Shown here: piece by piece, positions 28,348-39,275 of the stretch | Numbering within the stretch: position 1 is the stretch's first letter | How the letters are laid out: each line of letters begins with the position of its first letter | Source of the DNA: an uncultured Deferribacteres bacterium | Lineage (GTDB): Bacteria; Zhuqueibacterota; Zhuqueibacteria; Zhuqueibacterales; Geothermadaptataceae | DNA length: 64,000 nt | Reading direction: 5' to 3' | Assembly (NCBI GenBank): GCA_964014485.1 | Contig: CAXHAT010000001.1 | Coordinates: forward strand, 32,001-96,000 | Program-made: the position numbers and the translations under genes | The notes under the pieces: model-generated | Told to the model about the DNA's origin: nothing | Database searches by the model: none | The model's input: only the letters and a program-made list of their open reading frames with translations

Positions 28348-29778
28348 TTAATACGCCTTCGCTACGAGTACTCGATATTTTGACGGTTTGCCCGAAATCA
28401 TGCACTTCCCGTCTTCAAGCTTGGGATCGGTCGGCACAACGCGGACGGTGGCTTTGGTCTCTTCTTGCAATCGATCTTCTTCAGTGCGATCGCCGGAGAG
28501 GTGCACCCAGAAGAAGCCGCCTGGATCATCGATTTTTTCCTTGAATTCGTCGTAAAAATCGCAAAAATACGTCGCTTCTTCGCGCCGTTTGAGCGCGCGG
28601 TTAAACAAATCTTGTTGAATAATCGGCAACGTATTCGCGATTTCGTCGCCGAGGTTTTCCTGCGGAACTTGACGCTTCTCGCCAGTGTCGCGGCGGACAA
28701 GCATGGCGACGTTATTTTCCAAATCTCTTGGCCCGATTTCTACGCGCAGGGGCACGCCGCGCTTTTCCCATTCGTTGAATTTCCACCCCGGACGATAGTT
28801 GTCGCGATCATCGATTTTAAACGTAAAACGGCCTTTCCAATCACGCGTAATTTCGTCCAGTCGGTTGAGAACTTTTGCTTTGTCGTCTTCGCCGCGCCAA
28901 ATAGGAATAACCACGGCTTGCTGCGGCGCCAGCTTTGGCGGAACAACCAATCCATTATCGTCGCTATGCGTCATAATCAGCGCACCAACGAGCCGCGTCG
29001 AAACGCCCCAACTTGTCGCCCAAACATGCTCTTCCTTGCCTTCCGGCGATTGATATTTTACATCGAAGGCTTTGGCGAAATTCTGGCCGAGAAAATGCGA
29101 GGTGCCCGCTTGCAACGCCTTGCGATCCTGCATCATTGCTTCGATGCAGTAAGTGTCAACTGCGCCCGCGAAGCGTTCTTTTTCGGTTTTTAGGCCAGTA
29201 ACCACCGGCATGGCCATGAAATCTTCGGCGAATGACCGGTAGACTTCGAGAATTTTCTTGGTCTCTTCCACAGCTTCAGCCTCGTTGGAGTGGGCGGTGT
29301 GCCCTTCCTGCCAGAGAAATTCCGACGTTCGCAGGAACAGACGCGTGCGCATTTCCCAACGTACAACATTCGCCCATTGGTTGACCAAAATCGGCAAATC
29401 GCGGTAGGATTGAATCCAATTTTTGTACATCGACCAGATGATTGTTTCCGAGGTCGGACGAACAAACAACGGCTCTTCCAGTTTTTTGCCGCCGCCGTGC
29501 GTCACAACCGCGCATTCCGGCGAGAACCCTTCGACATGCTGCGCTTCCTTGTGCATGAAATGTTCCGGGATAAAGAGCGGGAAGTATGCGTTGACATGGC
29601 CTGTTTCTTTAAACATATTGTCAAGCGCGCTCTGCATGTTTTCCCAAATTGCATAGCCGTTGGGCATGATGACCATGCATCCTTTCACAGGCGCATGATC
29701 AGCCAGCTTTGCCGTGGAAATAACATCTTGATACCAGCGAGAATAATCTTGTTCGCGAGGAGTAATGCCTTTTGCCAT
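28348..29778 (-). CDS. proS: Proline--tRNA ligase (archaeal/eukaryotic type)
   Basis: [39 protein letters not shown]; ends AKAY. Confidence 0.97.
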   Translation of the reverse strand: MAKGITPREQDYSRWYQDVISTAKLADHAPVKGCMVIMPNGYAIWENMQSALDNMFKETGHVNAYFPLFIPEHFMHKEAQHVEGFSPECAVVTHGGGKKLEEPLFVRPTSETIIWSMYKNWIQSYRDLPILVNQWANVVRWEMRTRLFLRTSEFLWQEGHTAHSNEAEAVEETKKILEVYRSFAEDFMAMPVVTGLKTEKERFAGAVDTYCIEAMMQDRKALQAGTSHFLGQNFAKAFDVKYQSPEGKEEHVWATSWGVSTRLVGALIMTHSDDNGLVVPPKLAPQQAVVIPIWRGEDDKAKVLNRLDEITRDWKGRFTFKIDDRDNYRPGWKFNEWEKRGVPLRVEIGPRDLENNVAMLVRRDTGEKRQVPQENLGDEIANTLPIIQQDLFNRALKRREEATYFCDFYDEFKEKIDDPGGFFWVHLSGDRTEEDRLQEETKATVRVVPTDPKLEDGKCMISGKPSKYRVLVAKAY

Positions 29779-30057
29779 GATAGTCCTGAATATCTTTGGA
29801 AGTGGTTAAATCTTAAGTTTTGAGGCTGTGCTTAGCGGCTTTTGGAACGCCAGTCAGTTAGAAAAGCGCACAGAATACGGCGGGAATGGGATTGAGTGCA
29901 GAGCATTGCAAAACCAGGCCAGAAACGTACCGAGTGTTTTTTTGTGAAGATGCTCCATTTGGCCCGAATATTTTAAAAATGAATTGATCTGTTTAAGGTG
30001 CGGCGAATATAGCCATATTGCCAGCGTTTGTCAAGCAGATTGGATGACGGAGGAAGT

Positions 30058-30960
30058 GTGGAAAAAACCGGGAACGAATATAAAGCGTGCTCGCGCGACG
30101 AGGTCAATTTTCACCTAACGCTGAGGCGATTTTCGATTTTCGGCGATGACGCCGCCAACGCGTTTGACGGGCGCGTTTTTCGCAAAATTTTTGAGTACGC
30201 CGGCGCGCTGTTCTTATTGTCAATCTACGAAAAAGACGCCGGTGTTTACTATTCTATTGGCCCTGATCCGGCGGGTGATGAAGACGTTTTACAAGAAGCC
30301 AAAAGGCTCGTCGGACAAATTCTTGGGCTGCAATTTTCACTACCGGAATTCTACGCCTTCGCCAAGTCTGACCCGATCATTCACGAGCATGTGCGACAAT
30401 TTCAAGGGCTCCGCCCCACCCTTTCCGCCACTGGCTTTGAAATGTTGGTCACTTCGATTACGGCGCAGCAGATTAACCTCAAATTCGCCTTTACGACTCG
30501 CAGCCGAATGATTCGCAAATTTGGTAAAACATTTGAAAAGAACGGCGCGATCTACTACGTTTTTCCAACGCCCGAAAGGCTCGCGGATGCAAAGATTGAA
30601 CAGCTTCGTGAAATGCAATTCTCAAATCGCAAAGCGGAATACGTGATTGGATTGGCGCGTTCCATTGTGCATGACGGATTGAATCTCGAAGGATTCACCG
30701 AGAAACAAAATGACGAAGTTTTTGAAACGCTCATGCCTTTGCGCGGCATAGGCAGATGGAGCGTTGATTGGTTTCTTGCACGCTATCTGGGAAGGGGAGA
30801 AGCCTTTCCGTCTGGAGACCTTGCGGTGCGAAAATTGGTCGAGAAACATTTTTTTGACAGCGAAAAACGCCCCGAGGATGAGTTGCGCCGGTTTGCACAG
30901 CAGCGCTGGGGTAAATTTACAAATTTGGTTGTCCATTATTTATTAGCGGGTCTTTCTTGA
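30058..30960 (+). CDS. alkA: AlkA-like DNA-3-methyladenine glycosylase (HhH-GPD)
   Basis: GGAGG then GTG at 30058; SITAQQIN, FPTPE, LRGIGRWS, FPSGDLAV. Confidence 0.88.
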   Translation: MEKTGNEYKACSRDEVNFHLTLRRFSIFGDDAANAFDGRVFRKIFEYAGALFLLSIYEKDAGVYYSIGPDPAGDEDVLQEAKRLVGQILGLQFSLPEFYAFAKSDPIIHEHVRQFQGLRPTLSATGFEMLVTSITAQQINLKFAFTTRSRMIRKFGKTFEKNGAIYYVFPTPERLADAKIEQLREMQFSNRKAEYVIGLARSIVHDGLNLEGFTEKQNDEVFETLMPLRGIGRWSVDWFLARYLGRGEAFPSGDLAVRKLVEKHFFDSEKRPEDELRRFAQQRWGKFTNLVVHYLLAGLS

Positions 30961-31069
30961 AAACTTTTCATTTTTAATTCTTGGATACAACGTAAATTCG
31001 CGTAACTTTTGTTAACGACAGGATTGTACAACGTCGATCGCCCAACAGCCAGCAGAGATAGGACGCAAC

Positions 31070-32485
31070 ATGTTCGACCAGAATCAATTTTTCGCGCCGC
31101 ACATTGACAACGCCCTAAAGCGGGAATTTACCGATAAGATTCAATGCCCGTTTTGCCTGCCGCAATTGCCGTCCATGAGGCTTTATTGGGGAACCTTGCA
31201 CTGCACCAAGTGCGGAACCGAATTCCCATCTTCCAACGATTGTCCATCCATTCTTTTTGAAAAAGCAAAAACTGAAGCGGCGACTTTCGCGGAATATTAC
31301 GACGCCCTTAGATTAGAAGAAGGCTGGGCGAGCGAAGACCCAGAGTATTACAAATCTTTACCCTACAAAGACTTGACGGGCAAACACGCCTACGAATGGA
31401 AACTGCGCACTCGGCACGTTAGAAAATTGTTGCGTTGGCTGGGCAAAATCGCACCGTCGCGCAAGCTTGAAATCCTGGAGGTAGGCGGCGGCTCCGGGTG
31501 GCTCTCGCGCATTCTTGCCAAACAAGGCCATTCCGTGATCTTGCTTGATCTCAACTCCGGACGCCATGCGCTTGGAGCAATCGGCTGGTCGGTCAAAGGC
31601 GTGCGGACATTGCAGGGCGACATGGAACGCTTGCCTTTTCTCAATCAACAGTTCGACATCGTTCTCTTCAATGCTTCGTTGCATTACGGCAAAGACGCGA
31701 CCGCGACGCTTTGGGACGCCTGGCGGCTTCTTCGCCCAAACGGTCACTGCGTTGTCATGGACAGCCCGGTATATCGATACATTGCGTTGATGGAAGACGC
31801 TCGACTGCGCACGAAAGACTATTTTGACAAAAAGAACAAGCCGCTGCTGTCAGGATATTACAATCCATTGCTTGGGAAGCAAGTGCGCGCGCATCCGTAT
31901 TTCTCGTTCAAAACCATAAGCAAGGATTTTCGATGGCGCGACTGGGTGAAAAAACGAATTAAGGAAAAACTGCCTAAAAAAACAGGAGCCTATTTTCCGC
32001 TTTTAACGGCCCAGCCAATTCCTGAAGAAACGTCAAAAAAGTTCATCCACGGCGGTGAGGTTGTGCGAATCAACGATCTTGCCTGCGTGGTGATCATTCG
32101 AGATCAGCGAGTTGCACTAATGCGGCGTCAGGTCAATTTTGCCAAGCCGTATTGGGAAATTCCCGGAGGCCGCGTCCAGCCTGGCGAACGCGCTTTAGAC
32201 GCCGCCGTCAAGCAGGTCAAAAATAAGATTGGGTTGAGCGTCAAGATTGAAAAAAGGCTCGCTCTGTACACCTTCCTCGGCCACCGACAAATCGTTTATA
32301 TTTGCAGGGAATATTCCGGGGAACTGCGCTTAAGCGGAGAAGCAAAAAAGATGAATGCGCCCGACAATAGCTTCCAACCGGAATGGGTTCATTTAAAAAG
32401 GCTCAATGAAACCAGCATTTTTCCGGGTGAAATTGAAAAAGACTTGATTCGCTTTGCCAGAGACGAGCTCGTCAAAACCGATTGA
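31070..32485 (+). CDS. Fusion: Trm112-like zinc finger + class I SAM methyltransferase + degenerate Nudix domain
   Basis: CPFC...CTKC; LEVGGGSGW, QGDMERLPF, LLRPNG; WEIPGGRVQPGE. Confidence 0.8.
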   Translation: MFDQNQFFAPHIDNALKREFTDKIQCPFCLPQLPSMRLYWGTLHCTKCGTEFPSSNDCPSILFEKAKTEAATFAEYYDALRLEEGWASEDPEYYKSLPYKDLTGKHAYEWKLRTRHVRKLLRWLGKIAPSRKLEILEVGGGSGWLSRILAKQGHSVILLDLNSGRHALGAIGWSVKGVRTLQGDMERLPFLNQQFDIVLFNASLHYGKDATATLWDAWRLLRPNGHCVVMDSPVYRYIALMEDARLRTKDYFDKKNKPLLSGYYNPLLGKQVRAHPYFSFKTISKDFRWRDWVKKRIKEKLPKKTGAYFPLLTAQPIPEETSKKFIHGGEVVRINDLACVVIIRDQRVALMRRQVNFAKPYWEIPGGRVQPGERALDAAVKQVKNKIGLSVKIEKRLALYTFLGHRQIVYICREYSGELRLSGEAKKMNAPDNSFQPEWVHLKRLNETSIFPGEIEKDLIRFARDELVKTD

Positions 32486-32501
32486 TATTCATCTTTTGTA
32501 C

Positions 32502-32551
32502 AAACAGAAAAGCCCTGCTCGAATTTTGATTTCGAGCAGGGCTTTTTGTTT
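32502..32551. terminator. Bidirectional intrinsic terminator
   Basis: AAAAGCCCTGCTCGAA-loop-TTCGAGCAGGGCTTTTT between convergent genes. Confidence 0.85.
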
Positions 32552-32573
32552 AGAATTTCAAGCCGGGGTCAAA

Positions 32574-33281
32574 TCAATCGTCGCCGCCCATAAAAAGCCG
32601 CAGGACGTACCAGAACAACATTGCAACAGAAGCAAAGAGCTGCAACGCGGCCCCAACATGTCGATCTTCAGGATAATGATGCAGGATATTTGAGGTGTCG
32701 TACAAAATCGCGCCGCCAGCCAGAGCGATCATGGCGACGGAAAAAAACGTGCCCAGATTGAAGCCAAAAAGCAAGCTTGCGCCGATCAGCACCATCGCAA
32801 CAATTCCGCCCCAACCTAGCAAACTGCCCAAGAATGAAAAATCTTTCTTTGTGTAAAACACCAAAGCTGTCAGCCCGGTGAAGCCGGTCAACGTAACCAT
32901 CGCAGCGCTTTTAATGACGCCGCCGCCAGACTTCAGCTCGGCCATCACGAGCAATGGTACAAAAATTAGCGCTTCCGCAACGACAAACCCGGCCAAGGCG
33001 CCGTACTGCGCCAAAGTTGAAACCGAATTCATTGCGACGCGCGTCGCCAGCCAGCTCACCAAAATAAAGCCGCCCAAGACGAGCAGCCAAGAGGTCGAAA
33101 GAAACGTTTCCGCAATTGAGTACGCCATCCCGGTGCTGAACAAGTACATTTCAATTGCCGCAAACCCCAGTATCGCACCGAAAAGGTGCATGTAGGTTCT
33201 GGTGATAAACGCTGCACGGACGTCTGCGCTCTGTGCAGCTACCGGAGTATGCCCCCGGAATTCAGAAGCAGAAGAATTCAT
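32574..33281 (-). CDS. Bax inhibitor-1/YccA family membrane protein
   Basis: RAAFITRTY, KDFSFL, ILYDTSNI, AALQLF; about 7 TM. Confidence 0.9.
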   Translation of the reverse strand: MNSSASEFRGHTPVAAQSADVRAAFITRTYMHLFGAILGFAAIEMYLFSTGMAYSIAETFLSTSWLLVLGGFILVSWLATRVAMNSVSTLAQYGALAGFVVAEALIFVPLLVMAELKSGGGVIKSAAMVTLTGFTGLTALVFYTKKDFSFLGSLLGWGGIVAMVLIGASLLFGFNLGTFFSVAMIALAGGAILYDTSNILHHYPEDRHVGAALQLFASVAMLFWYVLRLFMGGDD

Positions 33282-33476
33282 ACCCTGTCTCCCTAAAAAC
33301 TTCATGCTCTTCCAGACAGCGTTAGTCGCCGCTGGTCTTTTTCATAAAAATAAATGTACCGTGCAAAGCACACAAATGAAAGAGAAAATTTTCGTCACAC
33401 TTTCGCTTCGGCAATTAATCTCACATTTCAGCAGTTCATGGCGCATCTGGGCAACAGTGACGAACCCTGGATCGCC

Positions 33477-35120
33477 TTAATTCTTTTCAGAAGGTCTCAA
33501 GAGCCGATTGCGCTCGTCCCACCGATACCCGCCCGCTTGCAGGACAGCCTTCGCTCTTTCGATGTCGAATTCATATTCAGGGAGATCGTCATGGCGCCAA
33601 AATCCGAGTGCTGGTGAAATGTATGAATTGGCCGGCACGGCAAAACCTTTAAAAATATTTTTGATAATTGCTTCCTTTGGCAAGGCATGCGCCAAAGCCT
33701 TACGAAAAACCGGGTCGTCCATGGGCGCTCGCCGTAAATTTAGAGCAAAAAATCGAAAGCCGGCCTCAACTGAAACGACCATGGCGATTTCTTCGGAATT
33801 TTGAACGGCTTGCTCCAAAATCGTTGCGTCGCCTTCCCATTCGGTGAGAAAATTGATTTCTCCCGTGCGCAACTGACCAAGCGCAGACTCAACATTGGGG
33901 ATGATTCGCAGTATCCATTTTTCAGCCTGCGGCGCTGCGAAGTGCTCAGGGTTGCGCTCAAGAATTACTTCTTCTGACGGCTTCCAGGCGACAAACTTAA
34001 ACGGCCCCGAGCCAACCGGCCTGTCTTCCTGATAACTTTCTGCATTCTCCGGCTGGTTTTTCAATTTTTCGATAATCGGCGACCAAATATGTTTTGGAAT
34101 GATATTCACTTTTGCCAAACATGCCGTTTCAAACGCCGCCCACGGTTCATGCAGTGAAAATCGGATCTGATTTTCGGCCAGCTTTTGAATGCCGGCGATT
34201 TTATCAACGAACGGCTTGTACATCGGCGCTTCACCGATCATTATCGCATCGAAAGAAAAAATAACATCGTCGACCGTGACAGGCTCGCCGTCGTGCCAGC
34301 GCATGTTTTTTTTGAGTTCGACGGTAACGTGCGTATCATTTTCCCAACTGACGCGTTCCGCCGCCCACAGCTCCGGGACGCCGTCAGGGCCGATCCGCAT
34401 CAAACGATCCCACAAAAGTTCTACAATTCTGGAATCCGGTTCGCCGGAAATATAAAGCGGATTAATTCCCTGAATGACATTGTCCGTATTGGCGATGATG
34501 TTCTTCTGTTCGCCCAGCGGTTTGACGCCAAGCCAGGTCCAAAAATTATGCACGCCCACGCCGTCCATTTCGACGACGCTTTTCGGGTCGAACATGTCTG
34601 AACGAAAGGCGACGGGACGCTTGGGGTGGGCAACATACAAATAAGGGAGGTCTTCCGCGATGATCTCCTGCGCTCGATGAATGACTTTGCGCCGCGCTTC
34701 GCGATCGAGCAAGCTTCTTTGCATTGACGCAATAGAGTCATAGAGCGCATTTTTATAGCCGACTATGTTGTACCCAGCCTCGGCAACGGACGAATGAAAT
34801 AGATTGACGACAAATTCATCCGGATCGAGTCGTTCCGGTCTGCCGATAAAGCGCCACGCGGTCATTTGCCATTGATCGCGGCTGTACCAAACCAAATCCG
34901 CTTGCTGCTCCCACGGCATGGCGCGATGCACAGCGTCGATTCCCAGTTGCCGCATCATTTCAGTCATCAATCGCGCTGATTCAAATTCTACCGGATCAGC
35001 CGCTTGCACGCTGGAAAGTACAGTGACGCCAGGCACAAGATCGGCGTTAGCCTGGTCGTCATCTTTGACGCCGCAATTGGACAAAAGAAAGGCAAGGAGA
35101 ATCCACGAGTATTTTTTCAT
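33477..35120 (-). CDS. ABC substrate-binding lipoprotein, family 5 (peptide/nickel)
   Basis: Lipobox LSN-C; WHDGEPVTVDDV, PVGSGPF, DDPVFRKAL. Confidence 0.88.
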   Translation of the reverse strand: MKKYSWILLAFLLSNCGVKDDDQANADLVPGVTVLSSVQAADPVEFESARLMTEMMRQLGIDAVHRAMPWEQQADLVWYSRDQWQMTAWRFIGRPERLDPDEFVVNLFHSSVAEAGYNIVGYKNALYDSIASMQRSLLDREARRKVIHRAQEIIAEDLPYLYVAHPKRPVAFRSDMFDPKSVVEMDGVGVHNFWTWLGVKPLGEQKNIIANTDNVIQGINPLYISGEPDSRIVELLWDRLMRIGPDGVPELWAAERVSWENDTHVTVELKKNMRWHDGEPVTVDDVIFSFDAIMIGEAPMYKPFVDKIAGIQKLAENQIRFSLHEPWAAFETACLAKVNIIPKHIWSPIIEKLKNQPENAESYQEDRPVGSGPFKFVAWKPSEEVILERNPEHFAAPQAEKWILRIIPNVESALGQLRTGEINFLTEWEGDATILEQAVQNSEEIAMVVSVEAGFRFFALNLRRAPMDDPVFRKALAHALPKEAIIKNIFKGFAVPANSYISPALGFWRHDDLPEYEFDIERAKAVLQAGGYRWDERNRLLRPSEKN

Positions 35121-35134
35121 AAGATCAGGTCACG

Positions 35135-36256
35135 CTAATACATTTTCATCAGAAAATCGAGGCTTGTCAAAGCTTCAATCGCGTTTTTCGTATTTTTACG
35201 ACCAAACCCGATTCGAAAATGTTGATCGCCGCAGTCATAATTTAGTGAAGGCAGCAACAAAACCCCCGCTTCTTGCCGCGCCTGATCACAAAACGCCTGT
35301 GATGAAACGCCGTTTTTCAATCCCGCAAAACCGATGCACCCGGCTCTCGGTGGAATCCAGGAAAAAAGATGTGAGTTTTGTTGAAAAAACGAATTTACGG
35401 CTGCGATATTTTCGCGGATGATCTTCAGATTGCGCGATAAAATCTTTTCTTTACGGCGCAGCGCAAGAGTCGCCAACCACTCCGAAGGTGCGCTGTTGCA
35501 GATCGTCGTGTAATCTTTGAACGCCGCCATTTTCTGATAAATCGCAGGATTCCGCGTCGCGATCCACCCAATCCGCAAGCCCGCCAATCCAAAAGCTTTG
35601 GACATAACGCCAAGCGAAACCGCATTTTCATAAAGGTCACAGGCAGCCGGAAGCCTGTCCGCTTGATCATACTCAAGAAAGCGATAAACTTCGTCGGAAA
35701 AGACAATGATATTTTTGCGCCTTGCTAAATCGATCACGGCTTCAAAATCTTCCTTCGCCATCAAATAGCCGGTTGGATTGTGCGGGCAATTTAAAACAAT
35801 TGCTCGCGTTTTATCGGTGATCATTTCTTCTAATTTCGCAAGCGACAAGCGCCACCCGTTCGATTCTTCCGCGCGCCATTTGGACACATGGCAGCCAACA
35901 GACTTCGGTAATTCAAGTAAGGATTGATAGCACGGAGAGTGGACGATGACGTGATCGTCGGACTCCAAAACGGCGTGCATAAAAGCAAAAATCGCTTCTT
36001 CGGCGCCGGAAAAGACCAACGTTTCAGAAGGGCGAATTTTCTCGTACAGCTCCGAAATCTCATCTCGCAATTCCGGATGACCAAGAGATTCCGTGTAGCC
36101 GAGCCAAAGCTTTTTCAGGCCGGATTCCGCTCCATTTTCCAGAGCCAGAATTTCGTCGACGCTGAAAGACTCGCAATCGGAGCAACACAGCAAATGCTCG
36201 ACGTTAAACTCGTACTTGGCGAAGTAACGCTCGAGCTTAAAATCAGAGAGTTTCAT
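35135..36256 (-). CDS. PLP-dependent aminotransferase class I/II
   Basis: NCPHNPTG, FSDEVY, SKAFGLAGLRIGW. Confidence 0.92.
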   Translation of the reverse strand: MKLSDFKLERYFAKYEFNVEHLLCCSDCESFSVDEILALENGAESGLKKLWLGYTESLGHPELRDEISELYEKIRPSETLVFSGAEEAIFAFMHAVLESDDHVIVHSPCYQSLLELPKSVGCHVSKWRAEESNGWRLSLAKLEEMITDKTRAIVLNCPHNPTGYLMAKEDFEAVIDLARRKNIIVFSDEVYRFLEYDQADRLPAACDLYENAVSLGVMSKAFGLAGLRIGWIATRNPAIYQKMAAFKDYTTICNSAPSEWLATLALRRKEKILSRNLKIIRENIAAVNSFFQQNSHLFSWIPPRAGCIGFAGLKNGVSSQAFCDQARQEAGVLLLPSLNYDCGDQHFRIGFGRKNTKNAIEALTSLDFLMKMY

Positions 36257-36292
36257 ATTCAAAAATCAATCTTGTGAACCGAGTCTGCAAAG

Positions 36293-38809
36293 CTATTTTT
36301 TCGATAAAAATCTTTCCGTTTCCCTGAAAACGTCTTCCCGTGCACCAACGACAACCTCGGTTTCGGGTAATGAAGCCAAGAACAATCGCCCATAGTTTTT
36401 GCTGACCACACGCTGATCGAAAATCAGGATGGAGCCGTAATCGGTTTTTGAGCGAATCAACCGACCGAAACCTTGCTTGAATTTCAGCACAGCCTGCGGC
36501 ACGGTGTAATCCATGAACGAGCTGCCGCCCTGTTTTTCTATCGCTTCAACGCGCGCTTCGATCACCGGTTCGCTCGGCACGCGAAACGGCAGGCGCGGAA
36601 TGATGACATTGATCAGAGCGTCGCCTTGAACGTCCACGCCTTCCCAAAAACTGTCCGTCGCAAACAATACCGAAGATTTGTCTGAGCGAAAACGTGAAAG
36701 CAGGCGATGGCGATTTTCCGCCCCCTGCTTGAGCAGCGTGATGTTCGACGCCGCAAGAGGCGCTTCAAGCGCGTTAAACATTTGGTTGAGCAAACTATAA
36801 GAAGTGAACAAGACAAAGGCGCGCCCTTTTGAAGCCAAGACGCCGTTCTGCAAATAATCCGGCAAAACCTGCGCAAAACGCTGCGCATTTGGGGGCGGAA
36901 TATCGGTGGGAATGCCGATAATCGCTTGTTCGTGATAGTCAAAAGGTGCAGACAAAATGCGCTCGGTCACGCGCCCCGCGTCCAAACCATGCAAGCCCAA
37001 TCGCTGACCGATGTACTCAAACGATTTGTTGACGGAAAGCGTCGCCGAGGTCATGACGACGGTAGGAAAACGTTGAAAAACAGCGTTTCGCATGATCGGC
37101 GAAACGTCGAGCGGCGCTGTGTGAAAGCGGACGATTGGGCCGTACCGGCTTGCGCGCGCTTCCAACCAGCGGATATTGGTTTCGTCGTTTTCAAGCATGA
37201 CGGCTGAGAGTCCGTTGGCGAATTCTTCGAGTCGTCCGGCCTGAGCATTGAGGTCTACGGCGGAAGAACGCGCTTCTTTTTCAAACGCCTCCGGTACGCG
37301 TGCGAGGCGTTTGTTCAGCTTATCAATCGCATTCGGAATTTCATACAAAGCAGCCACGACGTTCTTGGATTCCTGAGCCAGCGCAGCCCATTGCTCGCCC
37401 CGTCTTACCTGCTCCTGAATTCGCAGCTTGACTTCCTGATATTGCGACGCGTTATTTCCGGTTAGCCAATGAAACACGCGGTCGACCAATTCGCTCAAGG
37501 ATCGTCGTGCAATGTCTACTTTGGACTTGGCTTCTTCAATCGATTCGTCGAGATCGTCGAACAACTGAGCCCCGACGGACGCATAGTTTTTGTTGAGTTT
37601 GGCGTAGAGAAAAGGCAGCAGACCGACAACCTTTTGGTTCTTAACGCGCGTCAAACGATTCAATGCGCGGAGCACGCCAAGCCAGGTGATGCGCACGCCG
37701 AAATAACGCGACGCCACGTCCTCGAGATTGTGCGCTTCGTCAAGAATGACGCGTTCGTACTTGGGTAAAACGGCGACCTCGCTCGCGTCCCCGACGCTTG
37801 AGCGAACCGAAAGATCCGCAAATAGCAGATGGTGATTTGCGACTAAAATATTTGCCGTCGTAGCCCTGCGCCGAGCGTTGTAGAAAAAGCATTTGCTATA
37901 GTAAGGGCAGCGCTTTTTTAAAGACGTGTCGCTCTCGGATTGAACCTGTTCCCAAACCTTGTCGCTCGGATTAAACGCGAGATCGGATTTACTGCCGTCT
38001 TTGGTCTCCTGCGCCCAGCGCGCGAGCTGAAAGACTTCGGATTCGGCGTTTTCAATATCGAGCAAAGACGGTTGTTTGACCGCTTCATTAAGCTTTCGCA
38101 AACAAATGTAGTTTGATCGACCTTTAACCAGTTCCGCTTGAAATTTTTGCGGCACGACTTTCTTCAGCAACGGGATGTCTTTTTCGATCAATTGTTGCTG
38201 AAGGTTGATCGTGTTGGTCGAAATGACAACGCGCCGTTGATTTGCGATGCTCCACAAAATCGCCGGGAGCAGGTAGGCAATGGTTTTTCCTGTACCGGTT
38301 CCCGCCTCGATCAAGGCAATCTTTTCGCTATTAAAAGCTTCGGCTACGCTCGCCAGCATTTCCCGTTGCGGCTCACGCACTTCAAAGTTTTCCAGTTTCT
38401 GCGCCACCATTCCGCCGGGAGCGAGATATTCTTGCAAAGCCGCTTCATCAATTTGAGCGGCTTCCTGGTGTACGGCGGGTTCGACTGAAACGAAAACGTC
38501 GTCCGCTAAATTGTTCACAATGTAAAAACCGATCCCGTCGTTTCCGAGACGGCTCGCAATGCTGTTGTCCGCTTTAGAAGGGGTAAGATGGCCGGAAGGA
38601 TGGTTGTGAATAACGACGTCGCCGGGGCGACAATTGGAAGTAATGGCAGGAACCTCGACGGAATTGCCTCTGGCCAGAACCTCGGCGCTCTCAACTAATT
38701 TTTTGTTGCTTGTGCGACCGACAAAAAACACTTCAACCCCGCCCGCTTCAGCAATCGCGTCGCGAATGTAAACGCAAACTTCTTCTGAAATGTATTCGCG
38801 AATGTTCAA
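36293..38809 (-). CDS. dinG: DinG/YoaA-family helicase with N-terminal JAB domain
   Basis: HNHPSG..PS..D; EAGTGTGKT, DEAH, TSAT, FWEGVD, QGFGRLIR. The start is inferred at TTG 38809 because the upstream extension runs through REP sequence. Confidence 0.9.
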   Translation of the reverse strand: MNIREYISEEVCVYIRDAIAEAGGVEVFFVGRTSNKKLVESAEVLARGNSVEVPAITSNCRPGDVVIHNHPSGHLTPSKADNSIASRLGNDGIGFYIVNNLADDVFVSVEPAVHQEAAQIDEAALQEYLAPGGMVAQKLENFEVREPQREMLASVAEAFNSEKIALIEAGTGTGKTIAYLLPAILWSIANQRRVVISTNTINLQQQLIEKDIPLLKKVVPQKFQAELVKGRSNYICLRKLNEAVKQPSLLDIENAESEVFQLARWAQETKDGSKSDLAFNPSDKVWEQVQSESDTSLKKRCPYYSKCFFYNARRRATTANILVANHHLLFADLSVRSSVGDASEVAVLPKYERVILDEAHNLEDVASRYFGVRITWLGVLRALNRLTRVKNQKVVGLLPFLYAKLNKNYASVGAQLFDDLDESIEEAKSKVDIARRSLSELVDRVFHWLTGNNASQYQEVKLRIQEQVRRGEQWAALAQESKNVVAALYEIPNAIDKLNKRLARVPEAFEKEARSSAVDLNAQAGRLEEFANGLSAVMLENDETNIRWLEARASRYGPIVRFHTAPLDVSPIMRNAVFQRFPTVVMTSATLSVNKSFEYIGQRLGLHGLDAGRVTERILSAPFDYHEQAIIGIPTDIPPPNAQRFAQVLPDYLQNGVLASKGRAFVLFTSYSLLNQMFNALEAPLAASNITLLKQGAENRHRLLSRFRSDKSSVLFATDSFWEGVDVQGDALINVIIPRLPFRVPSEPVIEARVEAIEKQGGSSFMDYTVPQAVLKFKQGFGRLIRSKTDYGSILIFDQRVVSKNYGRLFLASLPETEVVVGAREDVFRETERFLSKK

Positions 38810-38885
38810 GGTCGTTGATCCCGGGGTTAAAATATCACTGTTCAGCAAACCAACCGCGATTGCGGTCTTGGTCAAAAAGCAACTC

Positions 38886-39275
38886 ACTCCAGAGTCAAAC
38901 GCTTCAGCGTTTGAGTGCATCTTACCGTCACCGGCGACGATAAATCGCCGCACTCCGAAAAGAATGACTCTCTGATGTTTCGCATGTGTCGTTTGTTACG
39001 TACGATCAGAATCTTAGGACAACTTTTGATTCTCATTAGCTCCGTTCTTCAGAGCGGAGATTCTTGAAGACGGTCGTTCCACCTCTTCCACCGGGCTGAA
39101 GCCCGGCGCTAATGAGACGATGTTTGCTCTAAAATTCAGAATGTGCGTTGCCGCGCGTAACATCAGCTACTCAAAAGCTTTACAATCGCCCAAACTGAGT
39201 CCGTCAAGAACGCTCCAAAACCAAGCGCTTCAGCGTTTGAACAGGCGATAATGAATTATCGCACGTCCCAAAAAG
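38886..39275. repeat. Cluster of REP-like palindromes
   Basis: CAAACGCTTCAGCGTTTG at about 38896 and a near-copy at about 39222, each followed by a GGCGA..ATCGC..TCC hairpin; inverted pair TCTCATTAGC...GCTAATGAGA at 39031-39117. Confidence 0.7.

Noticed and set aside
29779..30057. T-box riboswitch upstream of proS
   Set aside because: No UGGNACC T-box motif or terminator/antiterminator pair is visible.
33477..35120. Orphan substrate-binding protein as a novel system
   Set aside because: Unlinked family-5 binding proteins are common, and nothing further supports novelty.
38886..39275. Possible CRISPR array
   Set aside because: Only two degenerate copies with irregular spacing and no cas genes; REP-like instead.
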